A DNA stretch of 64,000 bases, taken from NCBI GenBank assembly GCA_900088475.1, contig FLMG01000261.1, forward strand, positions 62,001-126,000. Direction: 5' to 3'. This stretch comes from Hyphochytrium catenoides (Eukaryota; Protista; Hyphochytriomycota). The position numbers and the translations under genes are program-made. Below, piece after piece: positions 49,834 to 61,484 of the stretch (its first letter is position 1; each line of letters starts with the position of its first letter). A model generated the notes under the pieces. It saw only the letters and a program-made list of their open reading frames with translations, was not told the origin of the DNA and ran no database searches.

Positions 49834-51147
49834 CTTATGATTGTCTACGGACAGCAGACTTTTCCTGCTCTATCTATTCCGAAGACAGATGTCAGACTTC
49901 AGTCGTTGGTCTGAGAGAAACTTCACTCTCAACGTTCTGCTTTGGCTGCCCCCGAGGCAGAGGCCCATATTCTTCCTCCGAGAATTGTTGTTAGCTGCAC
50001 ACCTAAATAAGGGAGGAGGCAACCATGAGAAACATAACAAAGACTGAAACTTCATGAGACTCTCGTCTTAGCCAGCAGCTAGCCGCCGTAGAAGACCTTC
50101 GCATCATCGAACTTTCTGGCAGTTATATTCACTTCGAGAACTACGCACAGATTGGGACTGCAAGAAGGCAAGAAGATGAAGCGACATTCTATCGTAGACC
50201 ATCATCCATCTCATGCTGGTACCCAACTCCCTACTTTTGCTTCGTCTTCTTGCACGCGTCGCTAATGATAGGCCAGACGACAACCACCTATGGTACACTG
50301 GTTGAGTGAGAGGGCCCTTACATGTTCCTCCAGAAGATGAGATGGCTTGTCTCAAGGTGTGGATATTCCAGGTAACGTAACGGACAATCACCTCTTGTTT
50401 TCGCAAATAAGCTGTAGCTGTCTATTTCTTTGTATTTGTTGCTCTATTATATATCCTTTACGAAGTTGTACTTGCGGATATAAACTCATCAAGCCCTACC
50501 TCTCTTCGCAATTTCGTTCCACAGTTCAAAGTTGAGGTGGAACATTTCCGTCTTGAGATCGATTGCTGTTCAGCGGCAGCTTGCCTTCCTTGTTGCCGGG
50601 ATATTCAAATATATTCATGAAGCTCAACAAAGCTCAAGAAGAGTGAGAAGATGAACGTCCTCAAGGAAAGAAGCTGTTGAAGTCAGCTAGTGATAGAATG
50701 ATAGTCCTTATAGCGAAGGGGGTAGGAGGGGGAGCCTTTAGTGACTTAAGGGTGTTCAGGCTGGATCAGTCCCTGCCTCCTATCCATAACATTCTTTCCC
50801 GGTTTGGACGCTGTCGCGAGGCTGTTCTTGTATGTTGTGGACTCACAAGTTGTTTGCGATAAAAAAGGATGCACTGGCGCCCAACAGTTCCCTTGGTCTA
50901 CCGCCTATCTGTGATATCTGTCCAGAGGCCTACTTCTCTCCCAGTCACGACGCTCTTGCTTAGTTGGAACCCTTCCAACCAGTTGGTCGATTGGTTGATT
51001 ATACCAGGCCAGTCTGGTCGCCAAAAGGAGGGCTGCGTGTATAACCGCAGCAACACTACATTTGAACACCCTCTGTTTCTTCATCGAGTGCGCGCTGCCG
51101 CCATCGACTCGCCAGATTATCTTCAACGCTCTTATACTCTCCCTGCT

Positions 51148-51951
51148 TCAGAAAAATAGGTATGGTTCTGCGCGTTTTTTGGGGTCAGGTTGGGCTCTAG
51201 TCAGTAACAGACAGTGGCAATCGGGGCAGCCAACTTTCCCCAGAAAGTGAGGCCATTCAGCTCCCGGAACGGAGGGTGATGGAGAGGTAGCATGCCCAGG
51301 ATCGGGATACGCACGGAGCTTAAGGCTGCCAACAGTAACGTGGTGTACCCGGGCGACAGTCGTTTCCTTTCTCTTGTACGAACGCAAGATCTGAAGCAAC
51401 ACCGCCAAAGTGGAAATATACAACGCTGCGACAGTATGTATGAGAACATCAGCTCTGTAGAACATAATACATGGGCCATCGCTGCCACACTCAGTAACAG
51501 CAAGAGTATTTTAGCTATCGCGTGCGTTTATCATCTGAACATTGACATCCAAGTCGTGGAAGCTGTAGTCGGTCACCGCCAAAGCGTATAAGAAGATAGC
51601 GACATCAATGACGGCCCATATAGTCCCAATCATGGAAACGGTAGACAGAGACAGGAACGTCCTACTGTTTACCTGCGTCCGATGACGAGTAACCAACAAC
51701 CTGAGCCCTGATCGGACCGTGTGCGCCGGAAATGAAGGCTTGATATTGCTACAGAGAACCTCCAACGATGACCTGCTGCCAGGCTGTGAGTTTGGGACAA
51801 CCGTTGATCCACGATCAGGTGTCGAACCGTCGACAGAACCATCCTTGCCGTTTTTAACCCTCCTGCCAACCTCCTCCAAGACTCCGAGCCTTGTTGACAT
51901 CCTCTGCTTAATTAGCTCTCCTCTGATTAGCTGACCGAAAAGCTCCTTCAT
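51148..51951 (-). pseudogene. Internally deleted paralog B of the same membrane family, with an in-frame TAA
   Basis: One frame reads ...GTIWAVIDVAIFLYALAVTDYSFHDLDVNVQMINARDS*NTLAVTECGSDGPCIMFYRADVLIHTVAALY...FLGKVGCPDCHCLL. The family's N- and C-terminal motifs are joined with ~460 codons missing. TAA at 51511-51513. Confidence 0.75.
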
Positions 51952-53725
51952 CGTGTTGTCTGGTTACTAAGAGAACCAGGACATCCAGATAGTTCCCACC
52001 TTACCTTAACAACAATGACGTCGGAAGTCACACCTAATTATCATCAGTGGTAGAACAGGGTTTGCATGAAGAGGTAGTCTTCATCGGTCATCTTCGGAGG
52101 ACAATACTACTAGACCGTGGACATTCCTGGGAAGTATGTATTGGCTCAAAAAAAGACTCCTCCTCTCGCCAACAAAAGGGAGCTGAAGTTTGTAAGTATC
52201 ATTCTAAAGATCTCGGATGATGGTAGAGACGAAGGCCCTTCTTTAACAACAGCGCCAAGCGGGCTCATCCTCTCTAGTCCAAGGACGCAGACAACAAATT
52301 GTAAGGCCCGCTCCTGAGAAATAGCAGTCCACAGTGTTGCCGGAGGAAGCGCAGCCTAAGAGGAAACATGCTATCGTCTCGTATAGTAAACTTTCACCCT
52401 TGGTCTTTCTCTGGAGATGATGCAGCAGTACCCTCGCCGACGAAGAATGGCCAGAGAGCCACCACCTACTACTTCTTGTTGCCCCTCATGAAGCTTTGCT
52501 GAAGGAGGAGGGGGCACAGAAAGAAGTGGAGACTGCAGTATAGGACGAACAGATCACTGCATCCTGTAACCGCCCAACTCCGGAACAATACAAACCAGAA
52601 GACTGCTCTTCTGTCCTCAGCTTTACTTAGCTGATCCTCTCTTTGCCAGGTATTTCGTCCTCCGTCCCTCCCGGTGTCGTAGGTGGTGGTGTGCATTTGC
52701 CTTTTGCTGCTCCTTCACAAGATAAAAAGGAAGTTCACCCTTTCCCCGGGAGCGATGATTTGGTCAAAGGTGATGGAGGTGACCGATCTGGCGTGGAGCT
52801 GACCGTAGTACTTTCTCGTACTACCAAAGGCGGTGGAGATCCTTATTTTAGTTCTGGTAAGAGACAAGGCTTCTTATGTTGTCTCGGGTCGTACTACTCT
52901 TCTTTGGGACACGCACGGCCATCATCTACGGCATGGCTATTTTTTGGGGGCATTCATTTGTTGGGCACATGCAGCCGGGTGCTGCCAGTTCAAACAGCCA
53001 TCAGAATGGCGTTTGTTGCCTCAGCCACGACCTACCTCATTATTTATTACATCTTTTTGCCTAGTAGAGTATCATAATCGCCTGCCAGCCTGGACTCTCT
53101 TTTTACATATGCAGTGGCGGTATTACCGTTTAACCGAGGGAATTGTCTTCTGTCGCCATCACTGCCTGTGCCTTATGCTAGTTGGGCCGGGAGGAGAAAG
53201 GACGACCGCCCACCGCTATACTCATGGGTAAAGGGAATGCGAGGTAACAGTGCTCTTCCCCTTGTTCACTTGTCTTTACTTTCTTCCTCCATCAAGCAAG
53301 CTATCCTGTAGCGTCTAATAGTGTGGGGTCATCATGGCAAGCACCCGTTGTTGACGAGTCCCGATTCACCATCTATTGCGTTCGAGAGCTCTGAAGAAGT
53401 CTAGTCTTATGGTGGCCATCAGCGCATGTTTTGACTCCCGCGAAGCCGTCGAAGAACGGTGACAAAGTACTGCTCGTTCTCCGTTTCAAAGTATTGTTTA
53501 AACTGTCTTCGTACTTCTTGTTTGATCATGCACGCTTTGCAATAATCTGGTATGGATCCTTGGGAGAAAAAGCGTGCAAGCAATGAGATATTTCTTCTGG
53601 ATAACACATCAAAGTACTTGGCATTGTTGTCTCACACACTTCGGAAAAAGGAGTTTGCATTCACATGACTCTCGATTTAGCCTAGTGGCCTTAGTACCGT
53701 GAAGTTCGGGCCTCTTTACGGCTCG

Positions 53726-56101
53726 CTAACAGACACTGGGTGAGGGAATGATAAAGCGGTATGGGCTAATCTCTACCCGTTCCTTGGAAGTCGTTCTGAG
53801 AGAGACAAGATGGTTTTCCTCCTGACACCACGGCACCATTACGCAAGAGCCGCAAGCGGGTTGTCCGGTACAGTTGATCGTGTCCCCCGTTGCCGCGCCC
53901 CCAGTAGTGTCCTTTGTTAAAGGATGTACGATAGACCTTCTACTAGCACCGAAGCAGCAAGGTTCCACGACGGACTTTTCGCTTGTCTCTGTCTCACTTG
54001 AGGGTAATGGTGCGACAGCATCTGCATCCAAAAGAACTTCTTGCTTGACTAGCAGAGACTTGCATTGTGGGCACCCCACAGTGCCCAAGAAATGAACGGC
54101 TCCATTAATAGCCACACGAATATCGTTTATAGAAAAGCCCATCCAAGACAGCTTCCGATACCTTCTTTCTTCCTCAAAGCCACTACTCTTCTCGGAGGAA
54201 ATTACAAGATCAAGCGCTCTCTGCTGACTCCACACAGCTACCACGGACTGGAGGAGCATTGCTAGCAGTGCAGTCCAGGTTGCCGTGAGAGTGTGTAGAA
54301 CAATGTCAGCCCTGAAGGCCACACATGGCCCATCAGGACCGCAAGCAGGAAACACGAGCCACCAGAGGGTACGTTTGATCCACGTCGCGGTACGGAAGAG
54401 GCAAAATAGGTCCCAATTGAAAAGCTGAATGCTTTGAGCTGCCATGGTGACAAGGATAAAGGACATGTACCCAAGAACCCCGACATCTGTTGTTAGCTTG
54501 TTTGTCGATATCCACGCTCCCTGACTAATATGCAACGTGGAGCAGTGCAGTATCACTTGTGAAGCGAGTTGAATGACTGCTTCGTGGTAAGTGACCATAC
54601 TTAGGGCTTGCCAGGCAGCTGGGGCGGTCGTAACAACTGAGAGTAGTATCTCTCCATAGACGGCACCCATTACCTGTCTCATGACAGCTAAGCTCAGGTA
54701 CAACTTGTCGTTGTTGGCGCAAGCAATTCCGATTGAAGCTGCAGTGAGGAAAGACTGAAGACCCTCCGAGGTTGTTATATTTGACTTCATGTTGGTAGGT
54801 TCTTCATCTCGGGCTTCCCAAGCTTGACCTGGCGGCATTATGCGCTGAGGTTCCTTACGCCTGGGGGGCCTTGACAAGGATTGTTTACTATGATGCTGCG
54901 AAGACATGCCACCGGCAGTTCGGGTCTTACTACTACCTTCTCCGTTGTTGTTGCTCTTTCCCTCCCTACTTCCCTCCTTTTGCTTCTGTTGTCTCAGAGT
55001 CACGGTCGTTAGCGAGGGACATTCACTCCGTAAGTGCATTAGAGACGTTTGAGTGACTCTCACAACTGAGTGCCAATAGGCCAGTCTCATCGCTATAGAA
55101 AGCACTACCCAGGCAACCGCTGAGAGTTTTATTCTACTCCAGACCGGCTGTAGCCTTCTGATGAGCCACTGCGTATCGTTTCTAGCCAGGCCATTGTTAC
55201 CAAAGCGAAAACAAGGCACGGACCCACCTCTCGACGGTTCTTGACGGTGCAATAAGAAGAGGCAGATGCTCTTTACCCCCATCGAATACATCTGCAGATG
55301 ATAACGGTCCATGTTCTCACACAGATCCAGCAGCAGAGGGGTGGAGTTAAGATATAGCTGAGGAGCCCTACAAGGCTGCGAGATATTGGAGAGAAGATAC
55401 CGCTGATCTACCAGAATGTGGCTCTTGTCGCAGAGTAGCAATTTTATCACCTCTCTATCCAATGAAAGAGGAAAAGTATCTCGCCCGGCTCTCTCTTCCC
55501 TCCCATCTTCCAATTTCTGACTTTCTTGCTCATCATTAGCCTGTTCAGTCAGAGTGGATGCTGCCAACATAGCCTGTGCGCCAATGTACATTAGCAACTG
55601 AGAGCCAGTTGGCGGTCCGCAGTAGTCAGAGAGAGACTCTAGAGAGCCCCCCGAGATGCTGATGACACTCTCGTCGCTCCATTTTACACCTCCAGTGGAG
55701 TCGTTGGGGGCCAGTGGAGTGCCAAAGAGGTCGCTCTCCCTTGCTCGGAGCATCAGATCTATAGTGTCTAACGTCTCAAACGAGAAGTCCGTCCCGCTTA
55801 GAGATAACATGAATATGGCAAGCTCTATAGTGGCCCATACTGCGCCAAGGAGAGAGAAGCGTGGGAGAGATAATACTGTAGGATAGATGTGGAGCTTGTG
55901 GCGTGAAGAAAGAAGCCTCTTCCAGGAATGAGACCGGAATCCTTCTGGAAGACTTCTCAACAGAATAGAGCGTGAGTCCTGCCCTTTGCTTCTTCCCTTA
56001 ACTCCAATCATTTCTTCTGCCCCATATGTCGCTCCACCTGCCCTTTGGAGTTCTTGAATAGGGGTTACGCTGCCATGCCTCACTGCCCGGCGGCCAGTCA
56101 C
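53726..56101 (-). CDS. Unknown Cys-rich multi-pass membrane protein, paralog C (intronless ORF, ~790 aa; true start uncertain)
   Basis: 791-aa ORF colinear with paralog A over all conserved blocks. The frame stays open up to ~56190 with no ATG, so the start is either an internal Met or an upstream exon. Confidence 0.8.
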   Translation of the reverse strand: MTGRRAVRHGSVTPIQELQRAGGATYGAEEMIGVKGRSKGQDSRSILLRSLPEGFRSHSWKRLLSSRHKLHIYPTVLSLPRFSLLGAVWATIELAIFMLSLSGTDFSFETLDTIDLMLRARESDLFGTPLAPNDSTGGVKWSDESVISISGGSLESLSDYCGPPTGSQLLMYIGAQAMLAASTLTEQANDEQESQKLEDGREERAGRDTFPLSLDREVIKLLLCDKSHILVDQRYLLSNISQPCRAPQLYLNSTPLLLDLCENMDRYHLQMYSMGVKSICLFLLHRQEPSRGGSVPCFRFGNNGLARNDTQWLIRRLQPVWSRIKLSAVAWVVLSIAMRLAYWHSVVRVTQTSLMHLRSECPSLTTVTLRQQKQKEGSREGKSNNNGEGSSKTRTAGGMSSQHHSKQSLSRPPRRKEPQRIMPPGQAWEARDEEPTNMKSNITTSEGLQSFLTAASIGIACANNDKLYLSLAVMRQVMGAVYGEILLSVVTTAPAAWQALSMVTYHEAVIQLASQVILHCSTLHISQGAWISTNKLTTDVGVLGYMSFILVTMAAQSIQLFNWDLFCLFRTATWIKRTLWWLVFPACGPDGPCVAFRADIVLHTLTATWTALLAMLLQSVVAVWSQQRALDLVISSEKSSGFEEERRYRKLSWMGFSINDIRVAINGAVHFLGTVGCPQCKSLLVKQEVLLDADAVAPLPSSETETSEKSVVEPCCFGASRRSIVHPLTKDTTGGAATGDTINCTGQPACGSCVMVPWCQEENHLVSLRTTSKERVEISPYRFIIPSPSVC

Positions 56102-56599
56102 TGGTTGAGCCCCACTCAGCTGGGAGAATGTCTTATTGTTGTGGACGTCTGAAGCAGCAACGTTTGGGGTGGTGGGAGCAGAAGAACACCCTTACTAGTC
56201 GTTCACGGTGCGATGGCTACCACCAGCCTAGAGCTGGCTACTTTGGACCCGGGCTGATGATTATGAAAGAGCAAATGACTGAGTCGGCCTTTTAGCTTCC
56301 TCAAAACAATTGCTTGAGCCGCCACCTTCGCGTTCAGGAGCCCCCTCACAGCTTGTGGTGCCGAAAGCGCTGCTTATGAACGGTTGAACAGTCTACACCT
56401 TCACTTTGGGTAGTAGCAACAAACAATGACTAAATAAGTGAACTCATCACAGACTTCACAGCAGAAGAAGTTCTCCACGTTGATAAAGTGGTTAATAGGG
56501 AAGGGTCATCATTACAAGCTCGTCCTGAAGCCGTTGTTTCCTTACAATCGATTGTAGGCGGATAAATGAGGGTCTTATCCGTCCGCGGTTACCAAGAAG

Positions 56600-56890
56600 A
56601 TGTCCCTTCTTCTTCTACTACTACCACCATCACCTTTTTCCTTTCCTCCTCCTCACTCATTATCCTTCGTTGGTTTCCTTCCTCTGCTGCTGCGTCAAGG
56701 CGGCGCTAGCTCACCTTATCTTTGGTGCCCCACTCCTTCCACTCCCACACCACCAAGACGTCTTTTCTCATCCTTCCTGTTCAGGTCCTCCTCTACCCTC
56801 CTTCTCCTACCTCCCTTTTCACTTCTTCTTCCTTCTTCTTGAACGGATCTTGTCTCGAAAGCAGGAAAAACGACTCCCTTCTCTCTTGGC
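56600..56890 (+). repeat. Pyrimidine-rich (CT/CTT) low-complexity tract
   Basis: Runs such as cttcttcttctactactacc, ctttcctcctcctcac and cttcttcttccttcttctt. Confidence 0.7.
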
Positions 56891-57957
56891 CTCATCGCAC
56901 TAGGCCCGTCTAGTATCGTCGTTGTACTCTCTTCACCCTATCATCCCACTCGTCTCCTGCTGGTAGTACAATGTCATAAGATCTTGGCATCAACAGAAAT
57001 GTAACGGCTCATGGGCTAGCCCACTTCAGCCTAGCGTCGTCCTTTCTGAACAGCCCTGTTACTACGACAACAGCTTTTGCCAATGAGAATTGACAGAAAG
57101 TGAAAGGTGTGTCAAGAGATGTGGGACCCCGAAGCTTGTGAGTCTTGCTATTGCATCTGTTAATTTACCCTCTTTGCCTTGTCAATAAAGAGAGAACGGT
57201 GTGAATTAAGAACAGTGTCATCTGGGAAGATGCCGAAGCACGAACGGATTCTTCCCTGAGTGCAAGTACCATCATTCTCAAGCCTTGTCATCACTTTTAC
57301 CCTCCTTTGGCTTGTCCTTTTGGCCAGCTCAGCAGCGGATGATCGAGTGCACTTCGCAGCGCCAGTTCGATGCTTCCATAAAGCGACTCGCTATCCTCCT
57401 CCTTTAAACCCTCTCCTACCACCCTCTAGTAGATCTTTATTTTACCTTTGGCTGGCTGCTTGCTGGTCTCTCTTCTTTTGTCGATAGTGATTGTTGTCTG
57501 CCTCATCCTCATCCTCCTCAACAGATTCTCACCTGTTGGCATCACGGTAGCAAATACTTCCACGAGAAGAGAGAAACGCTGGACTCTCCGTTTGAAGCTT
57601 GACTGAACAAGTGCCTGGATGCATAATAAACACGGAAGAAGGACCAAGGGGAGTTTTGAATTGAAAAGGACTGTCGAGCCCACCACCACTTTGTCTTCTT
57701 CTGGCTGCACCTCGGATGCGAACCCCAGTGTCAGGGTCTACAACGGAAGGTAGTGGGCTGTGTAAGACGATCTTCTTATTACTTCATCATTGGCCGAGAA
57801 CCCCTTCCGTTCAACAACTTCATTGTTAGTTTACATCCAACCTCTTCTTCTCGCTTTGAAGGAGGAGTCCCACCACCCTAACAGCGCATGAATAATGGCT
57901 GTTTTGCCTCTTCTCAGCAGCGCCAATACCAAGTGAAACGTCTCCCGACATCAAATA

Positions 57958-60900
57958 ATGACTGAACTTTCAATCGATGGTGGAGGGCAGAATGGATTGC
58001 TGTCCTCAGTTCGCTTGGTGCGTCGAGACTTTTTTCGGACTTGTCTTACTACCTCCACACTCGGCACGATGGTTATTCGTCGCGAGGAATCTTCTCTCTC
58101 GTGGGCTCCAGCATCCATTGCGGTCCTACACCTCCGCTTTGCACTATCGTGTTCTCATCACCGGGCCTGCAGTTGAGTTTGTATTGATCACTCTCGCTCT
58201 CCTCTAACGCCTTTCCTCGTTGGTGCATACTTGCTCCTTGAGAATATATATTATGCCTCGTAGAGGCTAAGCTGATCTATTATAGGTCAAAGATATCGTC
58301 CACGATAAAATGATTGCCCTTGAGGAGGTCTGCTGGAAAATTATCGATACTCCTCAGGTACCCACCTTCACCTTCTGCAAGCTCAAGAGTATCAGGGACT
58401 GTTGTGAGGGGCGAAAGAAAATAATAAGCAAAGTCGCCTGGTTCTCCCTGTCCGATGACGGCGGGGAAGAAGGGCCATAGGGAACGGACCTTGGCTGAAA
58501 GGGAGTTTTTAGGAGGAAGCGAACATCCTTAACCGAGCAGCAATTTATCGACGCCTCCCCTTCCTCTTTCTCTTTTTCCTCCCTGCTGAGAGCAGTACCA
58601 ACGGCTGCGAAAAATCCATCAGAATGGCCCTTGCATGCTGGTCTTTCCCAACGCCACTCATACTCGATTCGAGCACTCAATCGGAACTGCCTACCTTGCT
58701 GAGAGGTTAGCAAGAAAGCTACAGAAGCACCAGCCGTACCTTGGCATCACCAAGGAAGATATCCTCTGTGTTAAGGTAATGTCTCTACCTCTTTTCTCTT
58801 GTTAACGCATTCGTGGAAGTGGTTTTGCGATGGCCGATGATCGCCTAAACTCTCACAGCAGTCTCTTTCATGTTTTTGTCTTGTAGATTGCTGGTCTTTG
58901 TCATGATCTCGGCCATGGGCCCTTCTCGCATCTTTATGATGGAGCTTTCATTCCTGCTGCCCGCCCAGGGTGCCCTTGGAAGCATGAGGAGGTAAGTCGT
59001 TTGCATTGGTGTCCTTAGCTGATCTTTCTTTTTACTGCCATATTCTAGTAGAGTCCAGTACCGCGGCCTGCCTCTGAGAGATTATCTTCATCAGAAGCCC
59101 CTGATTGTCTCTGATTTAAGGCTGGCTGTGGTCATGGCTGCATTGAGTAAGCTCCGATTATTTGGTAGGCGTCAGTGCAGATGCTCGATCACTTGCTGGA
59201 GTCAAACTCTATTGATCTGGCACCATATGGCCTCGAAGAGAGAGACCTTCTCTTTATCAAAGAAATGATTCTCGGCCAAGGTCTTGGACATAGGGGAGAG
59301 TTCTTGGGACGACCGCTATCGGAGGGAAAGGAGTTTCTCTATGACATTATCAACAACTCGTGGTCAGTAACTTTCTTTCTGCACTTCACAAACTTGGTTC
59401 AACGCATTTTCCTTCAGAGTTGGCGCACTTAGTCTTCTTCCTTCAGAGTTCCCGAGCAGTGGCCAATCGAACCTAGATCGTAGCCCCCAGTCTCCTGCAT
59501 GCTCTGCTTATGTGCGATGTATTTATACCCATTCTCTTTGTTGCTCAGGAGCGGCCTAGATGTCGATAAGATGGACTATCTTTTGCGGGACCAACTGATG
59601 GTGGGGATCAATACGAATTCTGACTATAGTATACTTCTGAAGCAAGCGAGAGTGGCTGGAGAACGAAAAGAGGGAGCAAGAGGGAGATTACACATCTGCT
59701 TCCCCGACAAGCTGGTCGGGAACGTTGTCAGCCTTTTTAACGCCCGATACACCATGCACCATCGTGCATACACGCACAAAGTAAGAAGCAGCAGTTGGTA
59801 TTCCTCTTTCCTTTTATTCCAGTTCTACTCACCAAAGTTCACTGCGTCCCTCTCCATCTTCTTCCTGCCCACCTGCAATGATAAACCTTCCCAGAGTGCA
59901 AAGGCTGCAGAACAAATGATAGTAGACGCTTTACTTGCTGCCGATGAACATGTTAGGGTAAGACACTTCCTTTGCAAAGTTCTGATAGCTTTTAGGGTAA
60001 GAGAGTGACACTTCTCTGCAGTTTAAGGGATGTGACGGCACCCGGCTTAAAATCTCGGAAGCCCACTTGGACATGGTAAGGGCTTCATCATGTAGCAGCT
60101 ATGTTGTGGCTAACCGATTGCCTCCCTCTATTTCTCTTAACTGTCAATACTCTCTCCATGTGGGGCTCTGCCGTCTAAACGACCTATGTGGTTGATATCC
60201 TACACATCTGCAGGTTGCGTACACACGTCTAAACGACTCCGTGTTGGTAAGATGCTCATTGCAGCGGAAGGCTTGGGTATAGCGCTCTCTCAATGCATCA
60301 ATGCCGTTTTTATTTGACTTTCTCCTCTTCCTCTTGCGTTCTCTCCAATCCCTTTTCCTGGTGTAGGATCTCATCGAAAGTTCAGAACTTAAGGAGGTCG
60401 AAAGGGCACAGCAAATCCTAGAAAGAATCCACAAGCGAGAGTTGTACAAGTGCGTAGGGAGAACGTGTCTAGGAGATTTCGCACTGCACACGTGTAAGAA
60501 ATTGGCACCCTCGCCATGCGCCATCTGCACTGGAAGGCTAGATGGGAATGGCCAACCGATTCTCAAGGTAACTTATAACTCAGTCTTGAGAGAGGTGAAG
60601 GACCTATTTTTGAGACGAGAGCTTTGAGATATAACGAGAAACGAGAGAGGCATACATTTGGCGTAGCTGGAGCCAGGCTAAAGAGGCAAGGAAATTGCCA
60701 AGAGATAGTAGGGAGGTCTAGAGTCAGGCAGGTGTGGAGGAGGGGGTGGAGTAAGGGTAGACGCTCACAGACAGGCTGCGTGCACTGAGTACTGCTTATG
60801 TTCAGTCTCCGGACGAGCTGGCTAAAGGCATCATAGCCCACAGCTCAGAAGGGCTTAAGGTCGACAATGTCATCGTGGACGTACTGAAACTGCATCATGG

Positions 60901-61484
60901 AAAACAATCTAAAAATCCAGTTGAACAGGTAAAAGAGACCCTTATCACTTCCTCCCGTAGCCGCAACATATCTGTCCCCTATTATTTGGGTCCTTCACTG
61001 GGTTGCTTGGCTCGGTTTTCACAGGCTTCCTTTTTCTATGCTTCCACGCTTAGGTTTCCCTGTTCGCTCTCTATTCTCTCTTTGTATTCCCGGCTGGCTA
61101 TACAGGTTAGGTTTTTCAGCAAGAACTCCACCTTCGGGGACGGATGCTTTAAGTTGACTGAAGCTCAATACAAGGGGGTCTGTCCATCTTCGTGGATGGA
61201 GACCTCGATTAGGCTCTTTGTTAGGCAAAGGGACCATGTAGGTTGCCTCCAAACGCTGCATGACTGTCTCATCCGCTCTGCCTCTGTCTCTTGGANNNNN
61301 NNNNNNNNNNNNNNNNNNNNNNNNNNNNNNNNNNNNNNNNNNNNNNNNNNNNNNNAACTTCTCGTAACCGCTGTTCCACATGTCCACCACGTCACTGCCT
61401 CCCAAATAGTTTGGTATGGCACTCTCAGCCTTCGAGCGGTGGTGTTGCGAGGCAGACCTTCCTCCACCAACTTACAGCAGATGA
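57958..61484 (+). CDS. SAMHD1: SAMHD1-like HD-domain dNTP triphosphohydrolase lacking a SAM domain (~12 exons)
   Basis: Spliced MTELSID...SVRL|VKDIVHDK...IIDTPQ|[11 protein letters not shown]...[15 protein letters not shown]...|[17 protein letters not shown]...WKHEE|...[10 protein letters not shown]|[14 protein letters not shown]...[12 protein letters not shown]|...KRELYK...|NPVEQ|VRFFSK...[10 protein letters not shown]|[12 protein letters not shown]...*. The H...HD...D metal ligands are all present. Stop TGA 61482-61484. Confidence 0.92.
61296..61355. other. Assembly gap (60 N) in the last SAMHD1 intron
   Basis: Run of n between donor 61238 and acceptor 61409. Confidence 0.97.

Noticed and set aside
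49870-51513. Stop-codon reassignment suggested by in-frame TAG/TAA in the membrane paralogs
   Set aside because: TAA, TAG and TGA all terminate conserved genes at the expected positions (NDUFAF6 and RPL24 TAA, BUD13 TAG, SAMHD1 TGA), and long exons lack internal stops.
56600-56913. Leu/Pro/Ser/Phe-rich short ORFs
   Set aside because: Products of a pyrimidine-rich low-complexity tract.
757-61484. Antiviral 'defence island' (SKI3, SAMHD1, CorA-like gene)
   Set aside because: The genes are tens of kb apart, interspersed with housekeeping genes, and have ordinary cellular roles; there is no evidence of functional clustering.
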